A stretch of DNA of 64,000 bases, from NCBI RefSeq assembly GCF_009914755.1, contig NC_060936.1; one strand, written 5' to 3'. Every line of letters starts with the position of its first letter. Position 1 is the first letter of the stretch. Positions 60,505-64,000 of this stretch are shown in pieces. The DNA is from the human T2T-CHM13v2.0 reference genome, Homo sapiens. Below the pieces are notes generated by a model. It saw nothing but the letters and a program-made list of their open reading frames with translations. It was not told the DNA's origin and did not search any database. The position numbers and the translations under genes were made by a program.

Positions 60505-61180
60505 TTGTGTAGTGGTCAAGAGCACTGGCTTTGGAGGTGAATGTCCTGAGTTCACATGTATCAATCAGATTACCCAATTACTTAAGGTCCCTGCCCCTTA
60601 CTAAGTGTAAGACCTTAGGCCATTTACTTAACCTCCCTATGCCTCAGTCTCTGTGTCTAAAAAGGGGAAAATGATAGTATATACCTCATGAGGTTGTGGG
60701 GATTAAAAGGGCTAATAAATGTGAAATGCTTAGAGCAGTGCATGGCACATGCTGTGTGCACAGTCAACTGTTATCTTTAGGATTTCTCTGTTGTTTGTTT
60801 TCATTAGAATAATTTACTGTGGAAACCTATCAAGTAGTGGTTTTCTGGCCTAAATAGGATTCTTTGGAGAATAGCTTGTTAACTCTAAGAAGGAGTGGAT
60901 ATAAATGTACTGTTACAATTTTCTAATTCATGCATTTAAAACTAGCAAATATTTGGCATATTTAAATAATAATAGCTAACATTTCCTGAGCATATACTAT
61001 GTCCCAGGAGTTGTACCAAGCACTTTTAACCAATTAACTTATTTAATCATTATCTTATAAGTGAGGAAACTGAGGCCCCGAGAGGGTAAGCAAGTTGTCC
61101 AAGGTCACAGAATTGGCTATGGGCATGACCAGCATTCAAACCCAGATGGTCTGTGTTCACGGATCACACACATCCATTGT
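60505..61180. mobile_element. Two MIR elements in opposite orientation
   Basis: TTACTTAACCTCCCTATGCCTCAGT core (~60625-60650) and GAGGAAACTGAGGC...CCAAGGTCACAG (~61063-61110). Confidence 0.7.
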
Positions 61181-61891
61181 GATATCCCATCTTTCATGCA
61201 AATATATGTATTTTAGATCTGTTTGTTAAAGTGTTTTATTTTATTTACCGCAAACATTAATTAGGTGGAAAACATGAGCTAAAATAATTTTGTTAAATCA
61301 TTTCAGTATAAAAATACATGTTAGAGCCATATTAACTATGATTCTTTTGTTCTGTGGAAGTATGAGTATTAGTTTGATGTAACCAAGGCATCCAGATGCA
61401 TACATCCATTCTTTAGAACTGGTTTTCACTTTATGTCTCAGCTACATATTTTCAGAGTGGTTTATGAGTAATGCTACTTTGCATGCATTTTGCAAACTTC
61501 AATCCTTTTCTACTATCCATGCAGGCATTAAAATAATTCGGATAATATCAAATCCTAACCTATGAAACACATTCTTTTAGGATTAGAAAATGGAGAACAG
61601 TGTGACAAATTGTGCTTTTTGCATTCTTCAGTATAGAAAGACTAGACTGCTCTAAAAGTAGTCATTTTAGTTGCCCCACTTTGTTGGTGCTAATGTATGT
61701 ACTTTCTGGGTCTATTTTCAAAAAGCTGGGCAAAACTAATTTGCCACTAGATGGAGCCCTGGCTATTTGGGTAGAAATACAGGCAACAGAATATTAAATC
61801 ACACAGTCATATCATGCTGGAGGGCTCCCGGTATTTGTGGCCCTCAGGTTTTAATTGTAGAATGCATCTTTGTTCTTTCCCTGACCTGCAG

Positions 61892-62055
61892 AGTGACATC
61901 ACTGCCTCTCTTCCTGTGCGCTGGCTTTGACATAAGCCAGATGGCCACCGTGGTTGGTAGGCGCCCAGGCTGCCTGGTACAGGAGTTGATGAAACAGAAT
62001 AGGAAGACGTTTTATGGTCAGCTGTGGAAGCACAGTGAGACTGCAGCTTTGCTAA
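61892..62055 (+). other. MSRB3: Candidate 164-nt alternative MSRB3 exon
   Basis: Polypyrimidine tract plus CTGCAG acceptor (AG 61890-61891), TAA|GTAATT donor, GC-richer non-repeat block. Inferred from splice signals only. Confidence 0.5.
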
Positions 62056-63557
62056 GTAATTACATTTACTGTGTGTGCTTTATTCCTCACAGAGAAGGGT
62101 CACAGGGAAAAAATACATTTTTATTTATAGTGTTGTGAGGTATAGACCTTTGATCTTTTATTAGTCAGTAGTCTGCTCCAAAGGAATGCTCTCTTTTCCC
62201 TGCTCTGCAGTCACTCGTGAAAATGACATGTTTATTTATGTTTAATGGTTCTTTCAGGCTGTGCATTGTGATACTTACCTTCCTTTTCCCTCCTCTTTGT
62301 CTGCAGTTAGTAACACAAAAATGTTTTAGTCTTGTAGTGAGTTTAGTTTGGGGAAGTCAGAGTTCAGGCATGTTAATACAAGCAGATTTCTGTCAGATAT
62401 ACTCCAGAGTGATTTAGTAAAATATATTACTGTTTATTATATGTTTGTTCTTCAAGGAGGTCAGAAGAGTCCGGAACAGACTTTTTTTGGGGCGGGAAGC
62501 AGGGGAAGTGGTCAGGAAATGAACAAGACATTAATTTTATATTAATTTTTGGACATTTAATGGTTAAAGTCACTTAAAATGCTAATTTGAAACAACATAT
62601 ATGAAGTTTATTAATCTAGTATTTTCCATTTGCATTTAAAGTTAATCTTTACCAATTGAAATATTGTAAAAAACTTTTAAGAAAATCCTAAGAATTGAAC
62701 TTTTCTCTAAAGTTTAATATCTACACAATTTTTAGATTCTTCCACATAATTCATTTCCAAAGACATTAAAAAACATTTTTACACTTTTTAAATTACTAAA
62801 TCATGAATATTATTCACAGGATTGACCTAGAAATTATAAATCATATAATTAAATGAAAATTCATATTTGCCATGCTTTATTCGAACTTAACGCTGTTTTG
62901 AAAGTGAAGTCCCTTAATTGTCCTTAGGTTTTCTGGGTCTCTATTTTATAAAATGAAATTCTAACAAAATGTGTCTCTTAATCTTATTATTTTATAGTCT
63001 TCTCCAGGGAGGGAGATTTGCCAATAATTGCTGGAAGAAGGCAGCATGGTGTAAGGAAAGAACATGGCTTTGCAGTCAGTATAGCAGGGTTTTTTAGTCC
63101 TTTTTCCACTGGTTATTTGCTTTGTGCCCTTGGACTTTTGAGTCACAGTTTCTTCACATACGTATTGGGGCATAAAACCTACCTCCTTGGTTTATTGTAA
63201 GAATTAAATGATACAACGTGTATATTAGGCTCCAGACAGTTCCTGTCACATGGTATGAACTCAGTAAATGTGAATTCCTTTCAACTGTTTTTAAACTTCC
63301 TCTCTTTTCTCAACCTCTTGTAAACTGTGTTCACAGATTGCACTGCTATCATGTAGTGTGTATTTTACCTCTAAGGTACAAATAAAGCTAGATTGAAAGT
63401 AAGCTCACGGGCTGAAAAATAGGCGTTTGAAATTTATTAGCAGTATGTGCATGTGTTCAGTTCCAGATAAAACTGTAACCATCAGTTGTGCAATGAATGT
63501 GTTTAATATTTGTGATGTTTTAATTTGATTTTTGTTTTTGTTTTTTCTCCTACTCAG

Positions 63558-63684
63558 CTCTTGCCCCTGTTCTTTGCTTCTCGTTTTGTTGGTGAAGATA
63601 TCACAGTGATGTCTGCATTCAACCTGCTGCATTTGGTGACAAAGAGCCAGCCAGTAGCCCTTCGAGCCTGTGGGCTTCCCTCAG
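63558..63684 (+). other. MSRB3: MSRB3 127-nt alternative exon (included in the mitochondrial isoform)
   Basis: Long U-rich tract plus CTCAG acceptor; donor CAG|GTTGCT; length 127 nt. Confidence 0.88.
63609..63684 (+). CDS. MSRB3: MSRB3 mitochondrial targeting N-terminus (MsrB3B)
   Basis: ATG 63609; MSAFNLLHLVTKSQPVALRACGLPS+G, phase 1 like exon 1, so both can join the same downstream catalytic exon (outside the window). Confidence 0.93.
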
Positions 63685-64000
63685 GTTGCTGCTTGTTGTA
63701 CTGTACATAGTGAAGGCACAGGGCCAACTGGGTGTTTCTGCTGCAGGAAATGATACACCATCATGCTTTGCTAAATTTCATTTTCTTTTACTTGGGCCCT
63801 AATTTGAAGACGGAAATTGGTTATAAATCACCACTCTACTTTGAGTAACATTCATTTCCACAATCCTTACAACCCTTGGAACATTGTCCAGTTTCCTTGC
63901 CCAGTGTATAATTGTCACTAATATTTCATATCTTCTTGTTCTTTAATGCACACTACACATCTGCAAATCATAACGTTCATAAGAGGCTGGCAGTCTGAGT

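Noticed and set aside
58432-60858. Further perfect CArG boxes CCAAAATAGG (58432) and CCTAAATAGG (60849)
   Set aside because: Two in ~25 kb of AT-rich intron is about the chance expectation, with no supporting context.

Overview
Human genomic DNA (Alu/L1-rich, AT-rich) from the LEMD3-MSRB3 region (12q14.3 by recollection), both genes on the + strand. 1-~3.35 kb holds the last three coding exons and 3' UTR of LEMD3 (MAN1; C-terminal RRM/UHM domain, ending ...TNSQGSS*). ~3.4-33 kb is a repeat-rich intergenic spacer. ~33.3-34.5 kb is the MSRB3 CpG-island promoter with the ER signal-peptide exon (MSPRRTLPRP...). A ~29.7 kb intron follows, containing a candidate 164-nt cassette exon and ending at the 127-nt exon for the mitochondrial N-terminus (MSAFNLLHLV...). 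I see no evidence of a new protein-coding system, RNA gene or CRISPR array. The most unusual observations are: (1) a ~290-bp insertion in MSRB3 intron 1 built from three inverted copies of nearby sequence and flanked by a 7-bp direct repeat; (2) a ~1.23-kb Alu/L2/LTR composite that ends in an LTR poly(A) signal plus A-tail and has a perfect 14-bp TSD, i.e. an orphan retroposed transcript or transduction; (3) layered uORF logic in the MSRB3 5' region (AUGA-overlapping uORF, a splice-created 44-aa signal-peptide uORF, a possible third N-terminus); (4) a CArG/MCAT/kB motif cluster around the MSRB3 promoter. Repeat family and subfamily names come from remembered consensus sequences and repeat boundaries are approximate.
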